Counted from the whole stretch's first letter, positions 25,382 through 39,685 are shown. The stretch: DNA of 63,895 bases, filler included, from Pirum gemmata (GCA_002812295.1; 20 parts of 20 records of this genome joined end to end with filler, not necessarily neighbours in it); one strand, 5' to 3'. A program made the numbers and translations. The notes: generated by a model not told the origin, from the sequence alone.

Positions 25382-27269
25382 AAAAAAAAAAAAAAAAAAA
25401 AAACAAGAAAAAAAATGAATAAAGAAACACTGAAACAGCACTGGGAGATACGGGAAAACATTATCGAATCAAAAGGCTCGAACCAAATTATTAAATGGTA
25501 ACAATTTTTTTTTTTTTTTTCGAGTTTCAAGTTTTTTCTATAAAATTTCTAAGTGAGTGAATTCATTATTTCGAACCAGAAAAACGCTAAATACCAAAGT
25601 TCTAATTTTGAAAAATGGATTTGTTTTTTATTAATAAAAAAAATATATAATACTGTCATAGTAAAAACATATGGATGTCTAGACTATGTCTAGAGTATGT
25701 CTAGTAGCTATGTTGTACAAAATCCATTCAATACCAAAACATAGTCTACTCAATTAATAAAAATATCAAATTAACATTTATACTAAAACATACCAAAGAC
25801 CCCAGGATTTTTTTTCTTGGGTCTGACTACTGAAGTCTACTGACTACAATGGTATATTATCAAATATGACGTAGTAGTAGTCGGTATACCCTATACCTCT
25901 AACCCATTCTATATCTGAAGTATCACAGTATCACTGTATCACTGATAGCTATTTACCTATAAGTTATATTATGTTATAATAGACACTTTTTATTATTCAT
26001 TCTATATCTGAAGTCTCACTGATAGCTATTTATCTATAAATAATTATATGGTAATATATTATTATATAATTATAATAGACACTTTTTATTATTGACCCTA
26101 ACACAGGCCTAGAGTTAGGGCTAGCCAGAGTTAGGGTACCGAACTGGATTAACAAAGTTGGATTTAGTTTAGGGTTAGATTTAGGATTATAAAAGATAAC
26201 TGTTATAATTATTATTATGTTAATTAATTATTTTTTTTTTTAAAAAAAAAATGGTCATTTAGTCACAATAAAAATAATTGAAGCATTTTGATATTTTCGG
26301 ATTTTTGAGCTCGTATAGTTCGTTTTAATCTTATCGTATGAATCAATATGATAAAAAAAAAAAAAGACTAGGTGAAATTTTCGAAATTTTTCGATATAAT
26401 TTACGTTCAAATACTACCTAACGCCAATTTCTGGTCAAATACAGCTTCAAATACCCCTATCTACCTACTCATACTCTACTCGTCGACGTTAATTCCTGGT
26501 CAAATACCACCTACTTACCTCTACCCAGCTTATTATAATAATAATAATTATTTTATGTATTTTTTGTAGATGGATTGGTTTTCGCCAATTATTGAGCTTG
26601 TTTTTTAATTTTGACAAAATGTCTATACTGAGACTTGATTGGTTTGATTATGAATATTTACTTATTTTTTATAGACGGATTGTTTTTAGCAAATTATTGA
26701 GCTTGTGTTTTAATTTTGACAAAATGTCTAAACTGGGACTCTGGGGAGTCTAGACCAACACTTATTTAGTTAAGAACAGGATCTACTGTGTGTTTTGAAC
26801 TGTTTTGACCAGTTCTACCTTCTAACATGTACACTAACTTTAATACCATTTTAAAGTCTTATTTCTTTCTATAACTAGCAATAATAATGTTTTGAACTAT
26901 TTTTTACTTTATTTGTAAGTATTTTTACTATATATAGATTAGCATAGAAGGGTTAGGGTTAGGGTTAGGTTTAGGGTTATTGTTATGGTTAGGGTGTGTT
27001 AGAGTTAGGGTTAGGGTTAAGGTTAGGGTTAGGATTAGGGTTTGGGTTAGGGTTAGTTAGGGTTAGGATTAGGGTTAGGGTTAGTTAGGGTTAGGGTTAG
27101 GGTTAGGGTTAGGGTTAAAAGGTTAGGGTTAGGGTTAGGGTTNNNNNNNNNNNNNNNNNNNNNNNNNNNNNNNNNNNNNNNNNNNNTTAATTAATTAANN
27201 NNNNNNNNNNNNNNNNNNNNNNNNNNNNNNNNNNNNNNNNNNTAATAATATAGTTATTGTTATTATAAT

Positions 27270-27514
27270 ATATACCTTTTTAACTTCTCTTCATTAAATT
27301 TTACCTTTGTACATTTTATAAAATCTGGAAAATACAGAAAAACTAAATATGGTTCCGCCTGGGTACCTGGTCGTTTTACTAACCAAGAATTAGTATTTCC
27401 AGAGCAATTTTGTAAAATGTTTATAAAGCAATTAGAAACCAGTAACTTGTCAATATTGCCTGTGGAAGTTCGTAAATTAAACGGATTCCATGCAGGTTTT
27501 TTGGTTAAAGGAAG
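27270..27514 (+). CDS. Probable internal exon of an unknown protein
   Basis: Stop-free complex frame ...KSGKYRKTKYGSAWVPGRFTNQELVFPEQFCKMFIKQLETSNLSILPVEVRKLNGFHAGFLVKGR ending at donor AG|GTAAAT; the 5' boundary is uncertain. Confidence 0.5.
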
Positions 27515-29554
27515 GTAAATTAACAACAATAATATTCAAGATTATTTTTTTTGTCTCGATTTTTTCTCTTTAGTATTTTATGTACCAGGTATAATCAATG
27601 TTCATTCTGTCTCACCTTCCTTATTACAAAATTAAACATTTCAATATCAGTAAATATACAATTGTTTATTTTTCTCAAGGTAAATCATCAACAATATTTA
27701 AAATAATTTTGTCTTGATTTCTTTTCTCAAGTTCCCTTTTGAAAAATGGGTTATAGTTTGTAAATTTAACAGCTTCAATGCAGGTTATTTGGTTAAAGGA
27801 TGGTAAATTAACAACAACAACATTCAAGATTAATTTTTGTCTTGATTTCTTCTCTTAGTATTTTATGTACCAGGTATATTTAATGTTCATATTAGTAAAT
27901 ATACAATTATCTTTTTTCTCGATGTAAATTATCAACGATATCTAGAATAGTTTTGTCTTGATTTCTTTTCCCAAGTTTCCTTTTCAAAAAAGGGCTATAG
28001 TTCGTAAATTGAACTGCTTCAATACAGGTTATTTGGTTAAAGGAAGGTAAATTAACAACAATAACATCCAAGATAAATTTTTGTCTTGATTTCTTCTCTT
28101 AGTATTATATACCAGGTCCAGGTATAATTAATATTCATTCTACCTCACCGTTCTTAATTGAAAATCTGACTTTTGCTTGGTAATTCATTTACAATATTAG
28201 TAAATATACGAATTCAACTTTGTCTTTTTTCTCAAGGTAATTATCAACAATACAAAATAATTTTGTCTTGATTTCTTTTCCCAAAGTTCCCTTTTGAATA
28301 AAAAGGGTTCTAGTTCGTAAATAGAACGAAAAAATTAAAAAAATCCCGAAAATAATGGGGAAAGGGTGATATGAGAGACTGGTAAATAATAAAAAACAAT
28401 GACGTATTTTCAAAAATGACGCTAATAGTGACGTAAGAAATTTCAACTAATATTTTTTGCTCACTTCAAAAAGATTTGGAAGTGAGTAAAAAATATTTTC
28501 ATAATTATAAATAATCACCACCTTTTTACCCCACCTCTCACCACTTTTCAGTGCCTTTAAGTATGCCTACTTTTTTATTTTTAAAGCTGAAAAGGTTTTT
28601 GGTTTGATATGCAACAATTAACTTTTTTTACATAAGCATAATTTATTTGTTTATAATGAATAATAGTAAGTATATAAGCATATCAAAATAATTAAAATGT
28701 ATTCAGCAAGTTACAATTCACTCCACCCATTTGGAATCACATAAAAGTCATAATTACGTTAAAATTGATATAAGGTACTGACTATCCTTGGCTATAATCA
28801 TAAAAAAAAAATTAATATAAAGGGGTATATTATTGGTCAAAATTGCCTTAAAATCGGTGAGGTCCATAATTTAATAGTTGAAATAAATTTATAAAAGACT
28901 TTATTTATAATAATAAAATGCGTCGTTTCTTTAATTTTTTTTTGATATTATCTCCGTTAGGGTTTGTTAAGGTTAAACAAGGCATGCAAGTAGTTGATAC
29001 TAAGTGCAAAAATTGTACTAGAAACACTATTGTGTTGGTTCCATAGCTGCACCTAAACCTTGTCCTGATGGTTTCCTTTGCCCTAGGGTTAGGGTTAGGG
29101 TTAGGGTTAGGGTTATGGTTAGGGTTAGAGGTTAGAGGCTAGGGTTAAAGATTAGGATTCTAGGTTAGGATTAGGGTTAGGGCTAGGGTTAAAGTTAGGG
29201 GTTATAAAGTTAGAAAGAAAAGTCTTTGTGTCCCTAACTTTAACCCCTGTTATTTAAAATATTCTTTAAAAAAAATATTATTCATTATCAGTCGAAAAAA
29301 AGCTAGCCCAGGGTATAATTTTGTTTTTTTATTTAAATTTTTGATATTATTTACAACAAATTAAAATATTATTATACCCAATAAAATAGTAAGTTTTTCT
29401 TCTTTACAATACTACTCGCTAGGAGGTTTACAATATCCGTCTACCTTGCTCCTACTCATTCGTTTGATGGACTGTGACTTCACTTTTTATTATATTATTA
29501 TTATTATTATTACTATTATTATTACTATTATTATTATTATTATTACTGTTATTA

Positions 29555-29587
<33 letters not shown>

Positions 29588-29637
29588 TAATATCGTTGTG
29601 GTGGTGGTGGTGGTGGTGGTGGTGGTGATTGTGTATA

Positions 29638-30026
29638 CCTACGCAAACATTTGAGTTATAAACTAAACCAGGGTACAATGGTATTTTGTTTATTTTTCAT
29701 TATCCGCAATATACATGGCCTTTTCGTTATTGATATTGCCCACAACTAATCGAAATAAATTATCCTCTATATAATCATTATCCGCAATATATACGGCCTT
29801 TTCGTTATTGATATTGCCCACAACTAATCGAAATAAATTATCCTCTGTATAATCTGTCAAAATTACATTAAAATCGGTATAAGGTAAAGAACTCCCACTT
29901 CCTGCATTTTTACTAACTAAATTTTGCAAAACGCTAGCTAAATCACCGCCCCTTTGTGGTACCAAATCCCGCCCAGAATTTAGAGCCCATTCTATTTTTC
30001 TAAACGGCGTGTTTACACTTTTACAT
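29638..30026 (-). pseudogene. Exon-like segment with an internal 75-bp tandem duplication and an apparent frameshift
   Basis: Acceptor TCAG at ~30027, then CKSVNTPFRKIEWALNSG...EDNLFRLVVGNINNEKAxYIADN twice and a stop. A shifted frame (KNNKIPLYPGLVYNSNVCV) runs to a GTATAC donor at ~29638. Confidence 0.4.
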
Positions 30027-30540
30027 CTGACAGAAACGATAATAGTAATAAATCATGTAAGTAATAGTAAGAATAATAATAGTGGTGGTAGTAGCAATTA
30101 TAAAGTGGTGGTGGTGGTGATGGTGGTGGTGGTGGTGGTGGTGGTGGTGGTCGTAGTGGTGGTGGTCGTNNNNNNNNNNNNNNNNNNNNNNNNNNNNNNN
30201 NNNNNNNNNNNNNNNNNNNNNNNNNNNNNNNNNTAATAATAATAATAATAATACATTTTAAAGAATTAAACAGATTTCAAAGCTTTCACAAACTGATCAT
30301 TATATAAATCTAAGGAAATAACAAAAGAATATTCAATATGAATCGAATCTTCAAGAGCTTATAACTACCACTACCACCACTACTACCGCCACCACTACCA
30401 CTACCGCCACCACTACCACTACCACCACCACTACCACCACTACCACTACTACTAACACCACCACTACCACTACTACTCTACTACTACTACTACTACTATT
30501 ACTACTACTACCACTACTACTACGACAATTATTTACTTAC

Positions 30541-30629
30541 AACATATTTCAAAGCTTTCACAAACTGATCATTATAGAAATCTAAAGAATTAACAAAACA
30601 ATACTCACTATGAATCAAATCTTCAAGAG
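30541..30629 (-). CDS. RhoGEF DH-domain-like exon (the intact copy of three tandem copies)
   Basis: AAG acceptor and GTAAGT donor. ALEDLIHSEYCFVNSLDFYNDQFVKALKYV resembles the DH first helix consensus E-L-I-x-T-E-x-x-Y-V-x-x-L...F-x-x-P-L. Confidence 0.5.
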
Positions 30630-31164
30630 CTTATAACTACTGCCACCACCACCACCACCACCACCAACACCACCACTACTACTATTACCACTGCCACTAC
30701 CACTACTACCACTACTGCTAACACCACCACCACCACTACTACTATTACTACTACTGCTACTACTAACTCTACTACTACACTACTACGACAATTAATTACT
30801 TACAACAGATTTCAAAGCTTTCACAAACTGATCATTATATAAATCTAAAGAATTAACAAGACTATTCACTATGAATCAAATCTTCAAGAGCTTATAACTA
30901 CTACTACCACTACTACTACCACTACCACTACCACTACCACTACCACTACCACCACCACTACCACTACTGTTAGCACCACCACTACCACTACTGTTAGCAC
31001 CACCACCACCACCGCTACTACTACTACAACTACCACCACCACCACCACCACCACCACCACCACNNNNNNNNNNNNNNNNNNNNNNNNNNNNNNNNNNNNN
31101 NNNNNNNTTAATTAATTAANNNNNNNNNNNNNNNNNNNNNNNNNNNNNNNNNNNNNNNNNNNNG

Positions 31165-31195
<31 letters not shown>

Positions 31196-31260
31196 AGTAA
31201 AAGTAATAGTAGTAGTAGTAGTAGTAGTAATAGCAGTAGCATTAATAGTAGTAGTGGTAC

Positions 31261-31295
<35 letters not shown>

Positions 31296-31416
31296 ATTAG
31301 TAAGTAGTAAGTAGTAAGTAGTAAGTAGTAGTGGTAATAGTAATAGTAATAGTAATAGTAATAGTAATAGTAATAGTATTAGTAGTAATTATAATTATTA
31401 CTATTTTATTTTTTAG

Positions 31417-31523
31417 GAAATTTTAAAAATATTTTAGAAAGCTGCGTTTCGACCGAAGTGGAAGAGCGCCCGATTTTTCGAACTTTGACAAAAGTGTTTA
31501 ACCAAATTTGGAATGCTTTACAA
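31417..31523 (+). CDS. Protein kinase subdomain XI exon (TK/TKL-like)
   Basis: Acceptor TTTTAG, then NFKNILESCVSTEVEERPIFRTLTKVFNQIWNALQ, fitting C-W-x-x-x-P-x-x-R-P-x-F. Donor GTAAAT; a possible terminal exon starts at 33876. Confidence 0.65.
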
Positions 31524-31554
31524 GTAAATTTACGTCGGGCTTATTCTCTGGACA

Positions 31555-32490
31555 CTATAAACCGACAATCCGCAAAACAATTTTATCGCCCTTTAATGTC
31601 CCCCATCGCTGGCCCGATGGAACGGATATCATATAATGATCATGGCTAAAATTGATTGAAAGTGAAAGGTTAGCCGAAAATCCGCAAAATAGTTTTATTT
31701 CATGATCGTGGCTAAAAATAATTGAAGTGAAATTTCTTTTGCCCAAAATCGGCAAAATAGTTTTTTTTTTTTTTTGCCCTTTAGTGACCCCCATCGCTTG
31801 TCGAATGGAACGGGTATCATATCATGATTATGGCTAAAATTGATTGAAAGTGAAAGAAAGTCTTTTATGGATTTAAGACGAAAATTCGCTAACTGCTTTT
31901 TCGCCCTTTAGTTCACCCCATTAAAAGTGAAAAGTCTTTTGTGGATATAAACCGAAAATCCGCAAAATAGTTTTTATGTTTTTATCGCCCTTTAGTTACC
32001 CCCATCGCTTGTCGAATTGAACGGTTATCATACCATGATTATGGCTAAAATTGATTGAAAGTGAGAGAAAGTCTTTTATGGATGTAAAACGAAAATTCGC
32101 TAACTGTTTTTTCGCCCTTTAGTCCGCCCTTTAATTCACCGCATCGCTGGCCCGATGGAACGGATATCATACAATGATCTTGGCTAAAAGTGACAGAAAG
32201 TGAAATTTCTTTTGTGGAAACAGAAAATGCACAAACAAAATTTTCGCCGTTTAATACCCTCCATCGCTTCTCTAATGGGACGGATATCATATAATGATCA
32301 TGGCTAAAATCGATTGAAAGTGAAACGTCTTTTGTGTATATAAACCGAAAATCCGCAAAGCAGTTTTATTGCTCTTCAATCCGTCGCTGGCCGGATGGAA
32401 CGGATGTTATATAATGACCATGACTAAAATTGATTAAAATTGAAGGGTCTTGTGGATATAAACCGAAAATCCGCAAAATAGTTTTCTCCA
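31555..32490. repeat. Degenerate minisatellite with a ~120-bp unit
   Basis: The unit AAACCGAAAATCCGCAAAA...CCCATCGCT...GGAACGGATATCAT...ATGGCTAAAATTGATTGAAAGTGAAA recurs about 7-8 times. Confidence 0.9.
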
Positions 32491-34225
32491 ATTAATGGTG
32501 TTAAATATTCGCTTTTACCTTTTGCTGCCACTGCAACCACCACTACCACTACCACTACCACCACAACCACAACCACAACCACATCTATAACTATAACTAT
32601 AACTACAACTACAACTACAACTACAACTACAACCACAACCACAACCACCACATGTATTATTTTTACTTACTTGTTGATTAGAAAATGTGGTTTAGCAGCA
32701 AAATTGAGATAATAATTGTTATTCTTTATTTTTTACTACGAAATGAGTTTTACTGCTTTTTAAAAATGGACCTACATGATGTAGTAATATTTATTTATTT
32801 TTTTATTTATTTTTAATATTTTTATTTTTTCAAAAAATGAATGTGCATTGTATGTATTATTTATGATTTTTTTTTTTTTTTTTTTTAATTTTAAAAAAAT
32901 TAATTTTATTTTTTTTTTTTTTTTTTTAAATTGTAAAAAAATAAATTTCATTTTTTGTTTTGATTTTGCTTTTGCTTTTTGTTTTTTGTTTTTGTTTTTG
33001 TTTTTTATTTTTGTTTTTGTTTTTGTTTTTGTTTTTGCTTGTTCAAAAATGCAAAAAAATAAAAAGTAATTTCATAAAAATAAAATTATTTGGAAAAAAA
33101 AATTTGTAATTAATTTTTTGACAAAAAAAATTTTTAAAAAGAATTTCGAAACTATTGTATTTTTCAATGCCAGTCCTGAAAATAATTTGCTCTTACCAAA
33201 TTATTATAACAAACGATTTTTATAAATCGGGCCTAGTAATTAATATAAATAAATATGTTTAAAAAATGATTTGTCAAACCTATAACCGAACCGTTATGAT
33301 TGGGGATCCGAAATTTTTCGATCTAATTTGAAGAGTAGCCAAATTAATACAATACAAATCCATTTAATTTTATTTGGTGTATTTTATTATTTATTTATTC
33401 ATTTAAAATGGCAATCTAAAGGTTATAACCTACCAAATAAATATCCGAAGTAACAAAATAAATGAAAAGCATTATACTACATATTCAATAAATAAAGGTT
33501 ATTATTAGTCTATTATTTTCGCTTTGTTTTTAGGGGCTAGACTTGAAACTCGAAAAAAAAAAGAATATCATTTCAAAATTGTCACCATCGAGCTGTTTGA
33601 TTCGATTGTGTTTTCCCAAATCTCCAGTCAAAAAATAAAAATAAAATAAAAATATACTATTATGACGTCATCCGTGCTATAGCTATGTTTATCTTTTCTG
33701 CGACTAATAAGCTTAATGCTAACGTATTTAAATCCAGTTTAACCCCCCAACCTTAACCCTAACCCTAACCCTAACCCTAACCATAACCCTAACCATAACC
33801 ATAACCCTAACCATAACCATAACCCTAACCATAACCATAACCCTAACCATAACCATAACCCTAACCCTTGTTCAGGTATCCCCATTGAAAAATACGACTA
33901 TCAAAAAAAATTAATAAATTGTTATAGTTTTCAATCTTATGTAGCTAATCCAACCCGGTTCAACCCGGTCCAACCCCCCCAACCTCGTAACCTACATCCC
34001 TCTATAATCATAAATCTTAATTAACTACCAGTAAAAAATCTGAAGATGGAATTGAATCTAGAAGGGTATTTTTGTTAACTAAGACATCTAGATTGGTANN
34101 NNNNNNNNNNNNNNNNNNNNNNNNNNNNNNNNNNNNNNNNNNTTAATTAATTAANNNNNNNNNNNNNNNNNNNNNNNNNNNNNNNNNNNNNNNNNNNNTT
34201 ATTATTATTATTATTATTATTACAG

Positions 34226-35860
34226 ATACATTGTGTTGCTGGAATTTCAAGGTCGTCTTCAATCGTAATTGCCTACATTATGAAATACAGGAAATGGGGA
34301 TTAAAAAAAAGTTACGAGTTTGTGAAACAAAAAAGAAGTTTAGTTTCTCCGATTTCTTATTTTATTGAGCAACTTCAAAAATATGAAGAACATCTTATTA
34401 ACAATGGTATTATATAATGATAATGATAATGATAATGATATTGATAATTATATTGGTAATGGAAATGGAAATGGTGATGCTGATGCTGATGCTGATGGTG
34501 ATGCTGATGGTGATGGTGATGGTGATGGTGATGGTGATGGTGATGGTGATGGTGATGGTGATGGTGATGGTGATGGTGATGGTGATGGTGATGGTGATGG
34601 NGGTGATGGTGATGGTGATGGTGATGGTGATGATAATGATGATAATGATGATGATAATAATGATTATGATCATGATCGTGGAAATGGTGATGGTGATGTT
34701 TAATAGGAATGATAATGGTAATGATTATGATATTGATGATGATATTGATGATGATAATGATAATGATAATGATAATGATAATGATAATGATAATGATAAT
34801 GATAATGATAATGATAATGATAACGATAATGACAATGATAATGATAATGATAAGGATAAGGATAAGGATATAATAATAAGGATAATGGTAGTGATAGTAA
34901 TAATCAGAATAGAAAACTATTAATAATATTAATATTAATATTAATTAACAATGACGATAGAAGTAATAGCAATAGCTGAGTTATAGATATTAAGTAATAG
35001 CATAATAATAATAAATAATATGACACCAATTTAGAAAAATTCATTATTAACAATATTAACAATATAAATAATAAATAAATATACAATTACAATAAGCAAT
35101 TCAGAAAAATTATCATTTACAATATTAGCATTACAATAACACTGATATTGATAATGATAATGATAATGATAATGATAATTTAATAAATCTAAATTATCGA
35201 AATAGTAAAAACAATCTAATACTTACTAGTACTTATACTAATACTAATACTAATACTAATACTAATACTAATACTAATACTAATACTAATACTAATACTA
35301 ATACTACACTAATACTAATACTAATACTAATACTAATACTAATACTAATACTAATACTATTACTAATACTAATACTAATACCAAAACTAACTAATGCCAA
35401 TACTAATACTAATACTAACACTAATAATAATACTAATACTGATATTTTTATTAATACCAATACTAATACTAAAACTAATACCAATACTAATACTAATGCA
35501 ATTTAATACTAATACTAATACTAATACCAATTCTATTACTTATACTAATAATACTAATATTAATACTAATACTGATACTAATACTAATAACCAATACGAA
35601 TACTAATACTAATATTAAAATCAATACTAATACTAACACTAATACTAATACTAATACTAACATCCATACTAATACTAATAATAACACTAATACCAATGCT
35701 AATACCAATATCGATATCAATAGTAACAGTAATAGTATTAGTAATAATAACAAGAATAATAATAATAATAATAGAATTAGAAATAGAAATAGAAATAGGT
35801 AAGTGGATATAATGAAAACAATAATGATAAAATAACGATAGCAGTCATAATAATAATAAC

Positions 35861-35908
<48 letters not shown>

Positions 35909-36108
35909 TAGTAATAGTAATAATAATAATAATTAATAATAAAAATAAAAATAATAACATTACTAATAACAATACTAAAATGATAATTATCATAATGTTC
36001 CTAATAGGAATTCATCTAGAAGGCTATGATATGATAACAAAGAAACCTACTTTATTAATTGAAGACGTTTATGGAAGTGACGTAATATGGATTCAAGCAA
36101 ATGATTAA
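34226..36108 (+). CDS. Dual-specificity protein phosphatase (DUSP/MKP-like), last two exons
   Basis: Exon 34226-34406 reads IHCVAGISRSSSIVIAYIMK...YEFVKQKRSLVSP...FIEQLQKYE with the HCxAGxSRS and AYxM motifs. A phase-1 microsatellite-filled intron joins it to exon 36008-36108 GIHLEGYDM...WIQAND*. Confidence 0.9.
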
Positions 36109-36570
36109 TAGGCTCGTTTTTCTACTAATTAACTGAACCGAATGGGAATAATGCCCTCGGTAATTTCGGTATAATGTAGTTTAAATTCAATATATATAAA
36201 TAGGCTCGTTTTTCTACTAATTAACCGAACCGAGTGATAATATTATGTGAGTGACGTAATATGGGTTCAAGCAAATGATTGATTAAAACCCATTAATGCG
36301 TTCAGTAATTTCGGTATAATGTAGTTAAGTTCCATATATATAAATAGGCTCGTTTTTCTACTAATTAATTAACCGAACCGAGTGATAATATTATGTGAGT
36401 GCCATGATAATATTATGGGTTTAATCAAACGATTGATTGACCCATTGATTCGTTCGGTAATAATTTCTGATTGATTAACCCATTAATGTGTTTAGTAATT
36501 TCAGTATAATGTAGTTAAGTTCAATATATATAAATAGGCTCGTTTTTCCCATTGATTCGTTCGGTAATAA
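36075..36570. repeat. Tandem duplications downstream of the DUSP stop codon
   Basis: TAGGCTCGTTTTTCTACTAATTAAC-type segments occur four times; one unit includes a copy of the last DUSP codons (~36250-36282). Confidence 0.85.
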
Positions 36571-37177
36571 TTTCTAGTTTAGAGTTAATCAAAAATAGAC
36601 TCGATGAAAAAAACTATATTTTGATTTTCTGTTGTTTTGGCATCATAAAAATTAATACACAATTACCAAATTAATGCAATATAAATCCATTTAATTTAAT
36701 TTGATATATATTTTTATCTATTAATATTTATTCATTTAAAAATGTCAAATTTTAAAGGTTATAACCCATGGTCACCAATAATCATTAATTCAGAGAAAAT
36801 AAATGGAATAATTTGAAAATTTATTAGTCCTAAAAATTGCTTAAATATTATTAATATGAGTTCAATGAATAAATAAGAGATATCCTGTTTTTCAATAGTG
36901 AAGTCCAGTTCAAAAACTGAAATAAACATACCAAATTATTTTATGGTTAAACTATCAGACATGTTTTAATTAATTTGGTATTTTATACTTAATTAATGTT
37001 GTATTTTATAAACAAGNNNNNNNNNNNNNNNNNNNNNNNNNNNNNNNNNNNNNNNNNNNNTTAATTAATTAANNNNNNNNNNNNNNNNNNNNNNNNNNNN
37101 NNNNNNNNNNNNNNNNTTATTATTATAGCTATTATTAATAATAATATAACAATAATATATAATAAAATAATATTATT

Positions 37178-37592
37178 ATGGAAGTACCGGCAATAAATGA
37201 CCCGAAGCTTAAAATAAACATAGAAACAGGCGGCTTTGATGGGATTGCAGAAACAAGTATAGCGTTGCTTAACGGTGTACTTTTCACTTAAGCAGAAAAT
37301 GATGAAAGTTTTCATTGTCACGTATGTGATAAGAAACTTAAATGTGGCAGAAGGAAGGGAGAGTTTAACCACATACAATCGCATTGCAAACTTTCAAGAT
37401 AATATTATGTAAAGAAGAGTTAAAGAAGTCATCAGCTTGGTATTTTGTAAGATTTTGTCTGTATACGCTAAGTGTTGCAATAAGTGGTTTTTGTATGATC
37501 CAGAACATGATCGAAAGCCGAAAAACAAAAAGGGAAACGAAATTAATAAAAAGGATCTTATTAAATGCAGAGTTCATATGATCATGCTTTAA
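37178..37592 (+). pseudogene. Decayed zinc-finger-containing ORF (possibly transposon-derived)
   Basis: MEVPAINDPK...FT*AENDESFHCHVCDKKLKCGRRKGEFNHIQSHCKLSR* shows a CxxC...H-type finger with in-frame stops; a coding-like continuation follows in a shifted frame. Confidence 0.5.
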
Positions 37593-37991
37593 AAATTAGA
37601 TGCGAATTTGAAGTTATTGACTACGACAGCATTGAATCTCATTTTTTTTAAAAAAACATTGGAAAAAAGTTACTTATGTTACCCCTGAGTTAAAGGAAAG
37701 AGTGTTTGTAGTTTTAGAATAAATAAAGTTTTAAGTGTTTCTGGAGGGTGTCTAGAGTACGTCTAGCTTCAGTTGGGTTATTTTTCACTTATTTCACTGT
37801 TATTTAATGATAATATCGCATAAGCATTAGGGTAGGTATAGTTGTTACTAGTTATTATTTTTTGATTAAAGTCCTCGATATCATTTTTATATATAAAAAA
37901 AAGGTCTAACGGTATATGATTATGGTACTAGTAGCTAGTGATATGGTATGACTGTCTTATCATAAAAATAAAAATAAAAAGTCCCACCTAC

Positions 37992-38103
<112 letters not shown>

Positions 38104-39264
38104 NNNNNNNNNNNNNNNNNNNNNNNNNNNNNNNNNNNNNNNNNNNNNNNNNNNNNNNNNNNNNNNNNNNNNNNNNNNNNNNNNNNNNNNNNNNNAGTTA
38201 CCATAAATAGTATTTATATAGCTATAAATAGTAGCTACTATTTTTAGAAGCTTCTATTAATAGTAGCTATTATACTATTTAAAGTAATTTTAATCATAAA
38301 AATTTCATTTTGGCGAACTTTTGGTACCAGAGTGTTCAATTAGTAAAATGACGTCATCTCATCCCTCCTGGTTTGCGTTTTTTTTTGCCTTATTTAAAAT
38401 TTCAACATTCCTGCTAGCTAGAGCTAGCTAGTAGCTACTAGCCATGACCCGAGCCATCACCCAACTACTAGGCTACTAGCTAGCTAGATTTTCAATACTT
38501 CATTTTTGCCAGGTTTTGTATCAGCATAATCTATCCTGATTTCTAATTAGTAGAATGACGTCATCTCATCCCTCCTAGTAGTGTAGCTTAGTACTAGCTA
38601 GCTAGTAGCTAGTAGTATTTACTTTGAGTACTTTGATTTTTAGACCATTCATTTTTGGACCAATACCTTTTTTAAAATTAAGGAGAAGACTAATACTGCT
38701 GGGAAAGAGTCTATAGACTACCAATACGAACCTTTAAAACAATTTTATTTAAAGTAACTTGATTGGCAATCGATAGACAGTTTGAAGTTTGAATACTGTT
38801 TGAATGCCTAGGTTTGAATGCATTTATTAAAAAAATTTACAATATTAACCAGATATTAACCAGATATTAACCATACAAATAGATTTTCCGAATTCTGATT
38901 GAAATAAAAAAACCTAAAAAAGTCTAAATTAATAAAAAAGTAATGCCAAAGAATTTATAATAATATCATAGTATACTAGTCTCGTATTTATAATTTTTTT
39001 TTTTTTTTTGATAATGAATGTATACGGATTATAATTGGATCATACCAGATTTTCCTATTTTCGATCCATTTATTTCTAGCTAGCTATCGACTGCTATCGT
39101 ATAGATATTTATTTTGAATCATAGTCTCTATCGTAGCTAGCTAGCTAGAGATTGTAGTGGTAGTGGTAGTGGTAGTGGAGGAGGAGGTGGTGGTGGTAGT
39201 GGTAATGGTAGTAATAGTGATAATGGTAGTAGTAGTAGTAGTAGTATCATACATAGTAGTACGC

Positions 39265-39299
<35 letters not shown>

Positions 39300-39325
39300 T
39301 AGTAGTAGTGGTAGTAGTAGTAGTA

Positions 39326-39356
<31 letters not shown>

Positions 39357-39557
39357 AACTGCAGTAGTAGTGGTGATATCAAATAGTAGTAGTGGTATCA
39401 GATAGTAGTAGTAAGTAGCTATAGTAGTACTACTAACCCTAACCCTAACCCTAACCCTAACCCTAACCCAGTAGTAGTAGTAGTAGTAGTGGTGGTGGTG
39501 GTGGTGGTGGTGGTCGTAGTAGTAAGTAGTAGTACTAGTAGTAGTAGTAGTAAGTAG

Positions 39558-39683
<126 letters not shown>

Positions 39684-39685
39684 AA

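Noticed and set aside
31555..32490. Possible CRISPR-like array
   Set aside because: Whole ~120-bp units are homologous, with no unique spacers and no cas genes, in a eukaryotic context.
34365..35993. Asp/Gly, Met/Val and Leu/Val repeat ORFs
   Set aside because: Microsatellites within the DUSP intron 34407-36007.
37178..37592. Stop-codon reassignment explaining the in-frame TAA codons
   Set aside because: A frameshift is also needed, and intact genes in the window end at TAA/TGA without internal stops; decay is the simpler explanation.
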